This document shows, one piece after another, positions 7,943 to 15,777 of a stretch of 64,000 bases of DNA. The position numbers were made by a program, and so were the translations under genes. The stretch comes from Xanthobacteraceae bacterium (GTDB lineage: Bacteria; Pseudomonadota; Alphaproteobacteria; Rhizobiales; Xanthobacteraceae), in contig JANQIP010000280.1 in NCBI GenBank assembly GCA_028282095.1, positions 2,962 through 66,961 of the forward strand, read 5' to 3'. Below the pieces are notes generated by a model. The model made no database searches. It saw only the letters and a list, made by a program, of their open reading frames with translations, and was not told the origin of the DNA. Position 1 is the first letter of the stretch, and each line of letters starts with the position of its first letter.

Positions 7943-8839
7943 TCACACCGCCAGCCAGGGCACGACGAGCAGCTCGGCGGTGCCCTTCCATTCGTTGGTC
8001 TCACCGCCGGCGGCGTACTCGCTGTTGAGCAGCTTCCGTCCGGCGGACTCATTGGTCGGACCGACGATGAGGAGGCGCGGCATGATGCCGAGCGGGCGAC
8101 CGTAATCGCCCTTCATGCCGAGCAGCGCGGCCCGGGCCGCCGAGTAATAAGTCGCGTTGAGCGGCTGCTTCGAGCCCCACGCAAACTGCCAGAAGCCGAA
8201 CCCGACATTGTAACGAGCATCGACCCCGTAGCGGTATTCGCGCTTGTTGAAGACATTGTCGTCGTCGACCCGATCCATGGCGACGAACTGCGGCGCCTTG
8301 CGCATCTGGAACAGGATCGGCTTGAGCGCCCGTCGATCATCGATCAGGAACCAGGGCTCCCCCGCGCCGCCGTCGGTGTTGGCGACTGACACCTCGACGC
8401 CCGCTTCATTGAGCACGGGGTGGTCGGCGTCAAAATAGTTCTGCTTGTCGTAACACGCCGTGGTGAAGCCGGCCTTGAGCAGCGGCCAGACGAGCTGGTC
8501 AACATGGGCTCCGGTCGACATGCCCATCTCGGTGAACAGCGGCGTGTAGATTCCCAGATTGTCGTCCTCGATGTCGTCGCGATCGACGCCGATGGTCAGC
8601 TCGAACGGCCGGTTCTTGATCTTGTAGGCGTGCGTCGCGATGTTCTGGATGACGCGGTCCCCAATCCATTCGCGCATCGAGGGGATTTTGCCGAGCCAGC
8701 CATATTCCTCCTCGCGCGTCGACGAGGGCACCGTTGTAGCAACGCGCCCATACATCGACGCAGCCTGACCGAGACCGCCCTGGAAGGCAGTGCGGTAGCC
8801 GATATAGAGGCTGCGCAGATTGGCCTGATTGATGATCAT
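7943..8839 (-). CDS. major capsid protein (Mu gpT family)
   Basis: MIINQANLRSLYIGYRTAFQGGLG...EEEYGWLGKIPSMREWIGDRV is a classic Mu-like gpT N-terminus. 298 aa. Confidence 0.9.
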   Translation of the reverse strand: MIINQANLRSLYIGYRTAFQGGLGQAASMYGRVATTVPSSTREEEYGWLGKIPSMREWIGDRVIQNIATHAYKIKNRPFELTIGVDRDDIEDDNLGIYTPLFTEMGMSTGAHVDQLVWPLLKAGFTTACYDKQNYFDADHPVLNEAGVEVSVANTDGGAGEPWFLIDDRRALKPILFQMRKAPQFVAMDRVDDDNVFNKREYRYGVDARYNVGFGFWQFAWGSKQPLNATYYSAARAALLGMKGDYGRPLGIMPRLLIVGPTNESAGRKLLNSEYAAGGETNEWKGTAELLVVPWLAV

Positions 8840-8849
8840 GAGTGTCCCG

Positions 8850-9269
8850 TCAGATGCCGATGCCGGTGATGACCCAGACGCCCAGGTCGTCGACGTCCAC
8901 GATCTTGCCGGCGCGCGAGCGCGTGCCGGTGCCGTCGGTCTTGGCCACCGTTTGATCGTCGACGATGTAACAGTCGTCTCCGATCTCGGCGCGCGTGATC
9001 TCGTCGGCGGCAGCGGAGTTGGCCCAGCGATAGCAGCCGGACAGCGCTCGCACCCGGATATCGCCGTCGAGGCCGCCGGAGTTGTCGGCGCGGCGCTCCG
9101 CGCGGCCGAGCGCGATCAGGCCGGGCGCGGTAGCGCCGGGCACGCCAAGACCGGCGGCGTCGAGACAGACGAGCGCACCGCCATGGATCAGCGCTGCCCC
9201 CTTGACCGGCGGCTCGTGCAGGGCGCCGGCGCGCGAGGGCGTGTTGCGGTCGGCGGTGAGCGCGGTCAT
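8850..9269 (-). CDS. DUF2190-like head protein (decoration/cement candidate)
   Basis: 139 aa between the protease/scaffold and capsid genes. Gly/Ala-rich beta-type pattern. Confidence 0.45.
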   Translation of the reverse strand: MTALTADRNTPSRAGALHEPPVKGAALIHGGALVCLDAAGLGVPGATAPGLIALGRAERRADNSGGLDGDIRVRALSGCYRWANSAAADEITRAEIGDDCYIVDDQTVAKTDGTGTRSRAGKIVDVDDLGVWVITGIGI

Positions 9270-10387
9270 CGCGCGATCTCCTCGTTGTGGGCTTTGAGCT
9301 GCTCCCCATAGGCCTTTGGATCGAGGCCCATCAGCGCGCAGACTTCGCGATCCGTCTCGCTGAGGCCGTCGGCGCCGGGCTCGGTGCTCGCGCCGCGCCG
9401 GGCCCCGCCGTCATGCAGCGAGACCATGCCGGCAAGCTCTTTGGCGACGCCGTCCGGGTCTTTGACGTGGCGCTCGATGTAGTGGTCGCGCAGCGGCTTG
9501 ATCGGCTTGCCGCCGGCGATCGCGGCGTCGATCGCGCGAGTCGCGCGCTCCTTGGCGCGGTCGGCGTCCATTGTGTCGAGCTTCGTCTGCAGCTCGATCA
9601 CGGTCTTGGCGAGTTTGTCGGTGTCGGTGCCGCGTGTCTGTAGATGCTTGACCACCACGTCGGCCGTCGCGCTCTTCGCCGCGCTCGCGTCGAGCCCGGC
9701 TGCCTCGGCGATCCGGGCGAGGTCGGTGCTGCGCGCCTGCAGATGCGTGACCACGACGTCGGCCGTCGCATTCTGCGCCGCAGTGGCATCGAGACCGGCG
9801 GCCTTGGCGATGCGCTTGCGTTCGGCGCTGTGAGTCGCAATGGCGGTCTGCGCCGCGGTCGCGGCGGCGAGGATCGCCGCTTCGTCCGCATCCGCCGCGA
9901 GACCCAGTGCCGCGCGCAGCTTTGCCCACATGTCAGTGCTCCTCTGATGGAGTGTGGTGAGATTGAGATTCGGATCGTTCGTGAGCGACGCCCGCAACAG
10001 CTTCACCACGCGACCCGTGTCGCGCATCGAGACGATGGCCGGCGACAGGCCGCGATAAGCGCGGTCGGCGAGCAGCGCCCGGCCCGACTCGGTCCACTCG
10101 ACGCGCCCCCACAGCCCGTCGTCGCGCGCTTCCAGGGCGGTGATCCATCCGCGCGCCGGCGACGGCCGTCCGTCGCGGCCGGCGAGATCAATCGAATGGT
10201 TTTCGTCGATGGCGATCTTGCCGCCGGCCATCGAGGCCGCGATCACCGCTGGCGAATCGGCCAGTGTATAAGGGCCGCGGCCGTCCGCGCCGCGGAACGT
10301 GCCGGCCGGCACGAGGTGCACCCATTCGGGTGGTTCGGCGGCAGGCGCGGGCAGCGCGGAGAACAGCGTGGCGACCAGCTCGGGCAT
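9266..10387 (-). CDS. Mu gpI-like head protease/scaffold protein
   Basis: N-terminus VHLVPAGTFRGADGRGPYTL...IDENHS...ARGWITALEARDDGLWGRVEWT matches the Mu-like prophage I protein pattern. The Ala-rich C-terminal scaffold part carries a 99-bp tandem duplication. Confidence 0.85.
   Translation of the reverse strand: MPELVATLFSALPAPAAEPPEWVHLVPAGTFRGADGRGPYTLADSPAVIAASMAGGKIAIDENHSIDLAGRDGRPSPARGWITALEARDDGLWGRVEWTESGRALLADRAYRGLSPAIVSMRDTGRVVKLLRASLTNDPNLNLTTLHQRSTDMWAKLRAALGLAADADEAAILAAATAAQTAIATHSAERKRIAKAAGLDATAAQNATADVVVTHLQARSTDLARIAEAAGLDASAAKSATADVVVKHLQTRGTDTDKLAKTVIELQTKLDTMDADRAKERATRAIDAAIAGGKPIKPLRDHYIERHVKDPDGVAKELAGMVSLHDGGARRGASTEPGADGLSETDREVCALMGLDPKAYGEQLKAHNEEIAR
9638..9830 (-). 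repeat. 99-bp in-frame tandem duplication in the gpI scaffold region
   Basis: ctgtagatgcttgaccaccacgtcggccgtcgc... (9638) and ctgcagatgcgtgaccacgacgtcggccgtcgc... (9737). Peptide repeat AAGLDA(T/S)AA(Q/K)(N/S)ATADVVV(T/K)HLQ. Confidence 0.8.
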
Positions 10388-10419
10388 GCCGCGCTTATCG
10401 CAGATGGCGGATCGCCCGC

Positions 10420-10445
10420 GTCATGCCCGCCGCTGCGGGCATGAG
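10420..10445. repeat. GTCATGCCCGC-N4-GCGGGCATGA hairpin
   Basis: Second copy at 21190-21214. Confidence 0.7.
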
Positions 10446-10477
10446 CCATCCGCCTCAGGTCATCGGATAGCCCAGGC

Positions 10478-10560
10478 CATCCGTTCGTCCCCGCGCAAGC
10501 GGGGACCCAGTATATCTTGTCTTGCCAAGACTGGATTCCCGCTTTCGCGGGAATGAACGG
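10478..10560 (+). repeat. double-hairpin REP (GTCCCCGC..GCGGGGAC + ATTCCCGC..GCGGGAAT), copy in prophage
   Basis: Same element as 55026-55103 (+) and 57641-57717 (-). Confidence 0.85.
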
Positions 10561-10593
10561 AGGAGGAGTGCACCTGCAAGCGCAATCTCTAAT

Positions 10594-10649
10594 CTCCCTC
10601 TCCCGCTTGCGGGGGAGGGAGCTGAGCGTAGCGAAGCGGGAGGGGGCAC
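10594..10649. repeat. GC-rich palindromic unit, intergenic (gpI/gpG)
   Basis: ctccctctcccgcttgcgggggaggga.... Confidence 0.75.
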
Positions 10650-10656
10650 TGTTCTG

Positions 10657-11175
10657 TTATGGCTTGGTGGGAGTCGCGCGATCGAGCGCGTCGGTCACCG
10701 TCTCGGCGATGACGCGCTCGTCCTCCGGGCCGATGCCGAGATACGGGCGCGCCGGGATCGTCACCGACTTCGCCTTGACAACGCCCGAGGCGAGTCTGAA
10801 CACTAGGTGTGAGGCCTTCACCGGCACGATGGTGGCACCTTCCTGGTGCACCCGCGCGTGGATTTTGTTGGTGCCGACCTCTACCGCGTCGGGCGATGCG
10901 AGAAAGGTGATCGACCCCATCAGCCCGCCGCGCATCCCGGCCTCGCGCAGGATGCCGGGCCCGCGCTTGAGCGGCGCATAGGCGGGATGGAGGGGTGCCC
11001 AGGGATTACCGTCCGGGTCCACTGCGGCCTCGAACCGGTCATGGACATTGCGGACCAAGCCAGTGCCGATCGCCCGCATGACCGGCGTGGTGTTTTGGAG
11101 GGCTTTTTGGAGGGCCTGAAACGCCTTTAAGACGATTTGATCTTCGATCGACGTTTCGAGCGTGACGCCGACCAT
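10657..11175 (-). CDS. virion morphogenesis protein (Mu gpG-like)
   Basis: ...MRAIGTGLVRNVHDRFEAAVDPDGNPWAPL...TNKIHARVHQEGATI...IPARPYLGI matches the gpG family pattern. Confidence 0.8.
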   Translation of the reverse strand: MVGVTLETSIEDQIVLKAFQALQKALQNTTPVMRAIGTGLVRNVHDRFEAAVDPDGNPWAPLHPAYAPLKRGPGILREAGMRGGLMGSITFLASPDAVEVGTNKIHARVHQEGATIVPVKASHLVFRLASGVVKAKSVTIPARPYLGIGPEDERVIAETVTDALDRATPTKP

Positions 11176-11178
11176 CGG

Positions 11179-11439
11179 CTATTCCGGCCGCATCCCGATC
11201 AGGGTGCCGTCTTCGCCGACAATGGCGCGCGGACCGGCGTTTACAACCCTTGACCCCTGGACAATCGTGCCGTCCGGAAATTCGAGGCCGCCACCGACGA
11301 CTTCCTCTTCCCAGACGCGCTTAAACCCCGGCGTGTCGCCGCGCCGCATCTTGCGGCCGTCGACCTCGACGATCTCATCGCGCGGGTCAATGGGCGGGGT
11401 CTTCTGGTCCATGATAGTCCAGGATACGCCTGTTTTCAT
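11179..11439 (-). CDS. hypothetical protein (86 aa) between Mu F and G
   Basis: ATGA overlap with the Mu F stop; ends 4 nt before the gpG start. No domain recognised. Confidence 0.45.
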   Translation of the reverse strand: MKTGVSWTIMDQKTPPIDPRDEIVEVDGRKMRRGDTPGFKRVWEEEVVGGGLEFPDGTIVQGSRVVNAGPRAIVGEDGTLIGMRPE

Positions 11440-13181
11440 GCCGGCTCAAGCAGGACGCGCACCCGGTCGTCCGCTACCGTCTCGACATCCAGAATGCGCC
11501 AGCGCTGGCCGCGGGGAAATATGTACTCCGCCTCATAGTCGGTGCCGGGCAGGGCACGCATGCCCTTCTTGGCTCTTATGCTGAACACGACTGCGGGTGC
11601 CGGCGGTGCGACGGCGAAGGTCGCGAAGCCCTCGGCGGTCGAGCGCTCCACCGAGGCCGAAAAATAACCATCGTCCCGATACACAGCGCCCTTCGACATC
11701 AACGCCCGCTCAACGCTCGGAAACTTCTCGTCGAACTTGGAGCCGCGGTGGAGCAGCACATCGGTCTTCAGCGCCGACTGCTCGATCGCACTGTCGAGCT
11801 GTTGCGTCACCTGACGCCAGTCGCCGAGGGCGTTGTCCTCCGGCATTGCGCCGCCGGCGCGGCGGAGTTGATCGTTCCAGTTCGAGTAGCCGGCGCCGGT
11901 GTAGAACCGCCGCGCCGCTTTCTGGTCGGCATCCAAATACGTATCGAGCGCCTCGATCGCCGCCCGCTGATCGGCGAGCCCCGCCTCCTTGGTGACCGGC
12001 GTCCATTGCGCCGTCGTCTGCGGCTTGAGCATCGCCTTGGTCGCGCCGTCCTGGACGCGGCCGAGCGTGGGATCGCGCGGCACGACGGGCGACGGAGCTG
12101 ACGGCGGCGCGGCGGGGGCAGCCTTTTTCGGTCCTTTGGCCCCCTTGAGCGCATCGAGCCAGCTCGGCGTCGGCGGTGGCGTCGCCGGCGGTGCAGGCGG
12201 CGGTGTTTCCGGCGCCGGTGGCGTCGCGGGCTCGGGCTTGGGCGGAGGTGGCGGCGCAGCCGGCTTCGGCGGCGCTGGCGGAGGCGCGGCCTTGGCTTTC
12301 GGTTTTGCTTTGGCCTTCGGCGCTGGCTCGGGCTTGGGCGGAGGCGGCGGTGCAGGCGGCTTTGGCGGCGCTGGCGGAGGCGCGGCCTTGGGCTTCGGTT
12401 TTGCTTTGGCCTTCGGCGCCGGCTTGGGCTTCGCTTTCGGCGGCGGCGTGATCGGCGGCGGGTCGAGCGTTGCATTGGGCGGCAGCGATATGGGCGTCGC
12501 CTTCCACACCGCGCCGGGATTGTAGTCGAAGCTCGGATCGATGCCCTTTGGCACCTGATGGACCTGCCCCGTCTTGGGGTTTGTCCAGGCGCGCATCTCG
12601 GTGGGTGGCGCTTGGTCGGGACTGCTCTTGCCCTGGCGCGCGAGATCGCGTGCGGAGAGCACGCGCACCCGGCAGCCGCAGCGCCAGCCATTGGGCGGAT
12701 AATGCGTCTCCCACCACGAGTCGTCCGCGCGCAGTACCAGCCCGTTCCACGACAGGTGATCGAGGCGCGGGTGCAACGCGCCTGAATGGACGTACTGCCA
12801 ATAGGGGTATTGCGCGCGCGTCTCCGGCGCGGTCGCCTGGGCGTAGCGGCCAGCGCTGTAGGCCATTGACAGATTGGTCTCGTAGATGATGCGTGCGCGC
12901 CAGCCCGGCGTGCCGGTGTGCTTCCACCCGTGTTTCTTCACGATGGCGTCGAACTGCTTGCGGAAGTCGGCGAGCGTCGTGCCCTGCTCCAGCGCCTTCG
13001 TCACTTCGGCGCGGAAATCCTTGACCAGCGCTTCGGTCGCCGCGCCCGCAACCGTGAACGCCCGCGCATTGGCGCGCTGCCACACATCGGTCCAATGCGT
13101 CGACGTCGCATTGGTCTTCTCGGCAAAATACTGAATCGCCTCCTCGAACGGCAGCGACAGCGCCTTGACCGTCGTCGTCAT
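11436..13181 (-). CDS. Mu F-like head morphogenesis protein fused to a C-terminal ADP-ribosyltransferase (R-S-E type) domain
   Basis: N-terminus (start MTTTVKALSLPFEEAIQYF at 13181) has Mu F hallmarks: RIIYETNLSMAYSAGRY, HPRLDHLSWNGLVL, PPNGWRCGCRV. Then a Pro/Ala/Lys linker. C-terminus has FYTGAGYSNWNDQLR, LHRG, GYFSAS and YEAEYIFPRG (ExE). Confidence 0.85.
   Translation of the reverse strand: MTTTVKALSLPFEEAIQYFAEKTNATSTHWTDVWQRANARAFTVAGAATEALVKDFRAEVTKALEQGTTLADFRKQFDAIVKKHGWKHTGTPGWRARIIYETNLSMAYSAGRYAQATAPETRAQYPYWQYVHSGALHPRLDHLSWNGLVLRADDSWWETHYPPNGWRCGCRVRVLSARDLARQGKSSPDQAPPTEMRAWTNPKTGQVHQVPKGIDPSFDYNPGAVWKATPISLPPNATLDPPPITPPPKAKPKPAPKAKAKPKPKAAPPPAPPKPPAPPPPPKPEPAPKAKAKPKAKAAPPPAPPKPAAPPPPPKPEPATPPAPETPPPAPPATPPPTPSWLDALKGAKGPKKAAPAAPPSAPSPVVPRDPTLGRVQDGATKAMLKPQTTAQWTPVTKEAGLADQRAAIEALDTYLDADQKAARRFYTGAGYSNWNDQLRRAGGAMPEDNALGDWRQVTQQLDSAIEQSALKTDVLLHRGSKFDEKFPSVERALMSKGAVYRDDGYFSASVERSTAEGFATFAVAPPAPAVVFSIRAKKGMRALPGTDYEAEYIFPRGQRWRILDVETVADDRVRVLLEPA
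12229..12420 (-). repeat. 96-bp in-frame tandem duplication in the Pro/Ala/Lys linker of the Mu F-ART protein
   Basis: ggctcgggcttgggcggagg... starts at 12229 and again at 12325. Encodes PKPEPAPKAKAKPK(P/A)KAAPPPAPPKP(P/A)APPPP twice. Confidence 0.8.
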
Positions 13182-13236
13182 GCCCCCTCGCCCCGCGCCG
13201 ACTCGGACTGGGGAGAGGCGTCTGCACTTCCGCTCA

Positions 13237-13410
13237 CCTTTCCCCGCGCCGAACGCGGGTGTTCCCGTGTTCGGCCCAGTTTCGAGTGGCCCAAGTCGGG
13301 AACACCCGACTTGGGCTGGGGAGAGGTCGACGCGCGAAGCGCGGCGGGTGAGGGGCAATGCACAGCCCCCTCCCGTCTTGCTCCGCTCGTCGTCAGGGAG
13401 GGGGCGCGCA
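13237..13410. repeat. composite GC-rich palindromic cluster, intergenic (portal/Mu F)
   Basis: gccgaacgcgggtgttcccgtgttcggc, gcccaagtcgggaacacccgacttgggc and gtcgacgcgcgaagcgcggc units. Confidence 0.8.
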
Positions 13411-13419
13411 TCATCGCGC

Positions 13420-15096
13420 TCAGATCTCGTCGAGCAGCGCCGCCTCGCCGGCGAGATGCGCGAGCGCCATCGCCCGCGTCATCGCCTCAGTGAGGGCGTC
13501 GGCGGGGAGATCGAGCCGCGCCAGCCGGTCGGCGAGGTCCGCGAGATCGCTCGCATCATTGAATGCCGCGCGCACTTCGTCGGTCAGCCCGGCCATGGCG
13601 CCGGCCGCATCGGCCGCCAGCCGCTCGGTCAGCCGCTCGACATGGTCGGGCTCGGGAGACACCGCGTGCCGCGCGATGATGTGGCGGACCGTGTTGAGGC
13701 TTGCGCCATCATCAGTTTTACCTCCCCCCTTGAGGGGGAGGTCGGTCGGCGCAGCCGACCGGGAGGGGGGTGACTGCACCTCGTCGAGCGGGTTGGGGAG
13801 GGGGCCCGCCGGGGGCGGCGGTCGGCCGCCGATCACCTCGGCATCAGGCGCGGGCTCATCAAACCCGAGCCGGTCGCGCACCTGGCTCGCCTCGACCGTG
13901 AGGCCGTGCGGCCCGAGCTTTTCGAGGGCCGAGATCACCGTGTCGATCGGCGTCTCGTCCGGGCGGCCGACAACGATGCGCGGATATTTCCGCTGCGGCC
14001 CGAAATTGAACGCGATGATGCAGGGGACGAGCTGGCGCGTCAGCGTCGCCGAGATCATCTTGGCGTCGCTGCGCTCTAAATCCTCCTGGACCAGGCGATG
14101 CTCCTGGCCGACGGCATGGCCGCCGGCGATCGCATCGGTCGTCGCCGTCTGCCCGAGGACCAATTTGCTGATCTGCTGGTCCATCCAATTCGCGCGCTCG
14201 GCATAGAGCTGGCCGCCGCCGCCCGACTTCGCGCTCTCGACCGAGACGAACTCGATCTCCATCCCCTGCGGGATGATCGCGGCGCAGTCGCCGGCGATAT
14301 TGGCGACGGCGCGCCACAGAGTCTCTTTGTCGGCATCGGTTGCGGCCGGATGGTATTTGCCGACGCGGACGGGCATGCCGTAGTTCTGGCAGAAGATCGC
14401 CCAGTCCTTGATGGTGAACGCCTTGTACATCCATGCCCAGCTCGCCACGCGCGCGATGCCGGACCGGATGGTGAGGCCGCTCTTGGATGGATGCCTGTGG
14501 ATCAGGAACTTGTGGGGCGCGAGCGGCAGGCGACCGACACCGTCGAGCAACAGCGGCGTCTCATAGTCTGTTTGATCGAGCGCGAACCAACGCTGCGGCC
14601 GATAGGTGAGGGCGCGCGGCGCGACCAGGTCGGGCGCCGAGTCCCACTCGATCTCAACGATGGCGAGTCCTTTGCCCACCGCGTCCAGCATGTCGAATAG
14701 CGCGGCGTCGAGCACGCCCTCGCGCAGCCAGTCGCGCAGAAAATCCGCGTGCCCCACATGCTCGGCGTCATCGCTCGCCGACTCGACCGTGACCGGGAGC
14801 TGCGCGACCTGGCGCCGGCGTGTGCCGAGCACCGCGGCGTAGTGCAGGTCGCGCTCCTCGATATCCTCCGCCAACTCCAGGTATGAGAGCGGATCGCCGG
14901 CGGCGGCGGCGCGGTGGATGGCGGCGAGCCGTGAGGGTGTCAACCCCTCGGCGGGATGGCCGGAGATCGGCGAGCGCACGCCGGTGAGCGAGGGCCCGGC
15001 CTTGGGCGGACCGAACAGCTCGTCGAGGTCGATTCGCTCGCCATCCGGACCGAGGATGCGGGAGAGCCGCGGCATCAGTTGCCGCCCCGCCCGCAA
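13420..15096 (-). CDS. portal protein (Mu gp29 / DUF935 type)
   Basis: 558 aa. ...DPLSYLELAEDIEERDLHYAAVLGTRRRQV... is typical. The start may instead be the internal MPRLSRILG at 15075. Contains an in-frame REP-like insert near the C-terminus. Confidence 0.9.
   Translation of the reverse strand: MRAGRQLMPRLSRILGPDGERIDLDELFGPPKAGPSLTGVRSPISGHPAEGLTPSRLAAIHRAAAAGDPLSYLELAEDIEERDLHYAAVLGTRRRQVAQLPVTVESASDDAEHVGHADFLRDWLREGVLDAALFDMLDAVGKGLAIVEIEWDSAPDLVAPRALTYRPQRWFALDQTDYETPLLLDGVGRLPLAPHKFLIHRHPSKSGLTIRSGIARVASWAWMYKAFTIKDWAIFCQNYGMPVRVGKYHPAATDADKETLWRAVANIAGDCAAIIPQGMEIEFVSVESAKSGGGGQLYAERANWMDQQISKLVLGQTATTDAIAGGHAVGQEHRLVQEDLERSDAKMISATLTRQLVPCIIAFNFGPQRKYPRIVVGRPDETPIDTVISALEKLGPHGLTVEASQVRDRLGFDEPAPDAEVIGGRPPPPAGPLPNPLDEVQSPPSRSAAPTDLPLKGGGKTDDGASLNTVRHIIARHAVSPEPDHVERLTERLAADAAGAMAGLTDEVRAAFNDASDLADLADRLARLDLPADALTEAMTRAMALAHLAGEAALLDEI
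13721..13783. repeat. 63-bp palindromic element, copy 2 (intragenic, portal)
   Basis: Near-identical to 5772-5834. Confidence 0.85.
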
Positions 15097-15214
15097 AATC
15101 GTTTTTGAGGCACCTTAAAAGCCGCTAGAAGCCTCCGGAAAAATTGCCCGGCACCTCGGGGCCTCGAAATTTCCGGCGCACCACGCGGCGCCCTGGCGGC
15201 TCGTCCGGCGACTC

Positions 15215-15487
15215 TCATGTGGCAGGCTCGTCGTTGTAGGCGATCTTCGCCTGCTCGGCGCGGCTCATCTTGGTTGCGCGACTGGCCTCCACGAGGTCGC
15301 CTTTGAGCGGCAAGGCGTCTACGACGCCGAGCAAATCGCCGACTTCCTTGGCGAGCGCGTCACTGTTCACGCCATAGCTCGCCGGATCGCCATCCCAGCC
15401 GAAGCGCAGACACTTCGTGGCGGCCTGGATGACCTCGCCGCATTCCTCGATCAGGAGGATGAGCAGTTCGTCTCGCGTCACAGTCAC
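15215..15487 (-). CDS. small MazG-like nucleotide pyrophosphohydrolase
   Basis: LLIEECGEVIQAATKCLRFG...LAKEVGDLLGVVDAL is the all-alpha MazG EExxE-type pattern. 90 aa. Confidence 0.55.
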   Translation of the reverse strand: MTVTRDELLILLIEECGEVIQAATKCLRFGWDGDPASYGVNSDALAKEVGDLLGVVDALPLKGDLVEASRATKMSRAEQAKIAYNDEPAT

Positions 15488-15777
15488 CCCCTCTCTCGCG
15501 GCCGGTAAACGCGGCGCAGCTCGTCATTCTTGCGCTGGTGGTCCCTGATCGCCGGGCGCTGCCCTCTTTCTCTTCGGCCCTCTTCGAGGCCCGACTGGTA
15601 GGCCGCGGAAGTCTCTTCGTTGAGAACGAGCTGGAACTCCTCGGTGATGATGTCCTCGATGCGCGTCCATGCGCGCATCAAGGCGCGCTGGAACGGGCTT
15701 GCGGGCTTGCCCGTCTCGGCGAAGCGCGCGAGCGACGCCGCGGTCGCGCTCTTGCGTGGATTGCCGCCCGCGCTCAC
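15484..15777 (-). CDS. hypothetical protein
   Basis: 97 aa, overlaps neighbours by 4 nt at both ends. Confidence 0.4.
   Translation of the reverse strand: MSAGGNPRKSATAASLARFAETGKPASPFQRALMRAWTRIEDIITEEFQLVLNEETSAAYQSGLEEGRRERGQRPAIRDHQRKNDELRRVYRPRERG

Noticed and set aside
10455-10649. 64-aa ORF in the gpG-gpI gap (possible small accessory or anti-CRISPR-like gene)
   Set aside because: The whole ORF is a read-through of three REP units (..FPRKRESSLGKTRYTGSPLARGRTD..). There is no RBS.
11710-13227. 505-aa and 294-aa alternative-frame ORFs overlapping Mu F (11710..13227 and 11807..12691)
   Set aside because: Arg/Ala-rich out-of-frame shadows. The annotated frame carries clear Mu F and ART motifs.
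13182-13358. N-terminal extension of the Mu F ORF (MPLTRRASRVDLSPAQVGCSRLGPLETGPNTGTPAFGAGKG...)
   Set aside because: It is entirely the translation of the palindromic repeat cluster. The Mu F homology starts at MTTTVKALSLPFEE (13181).
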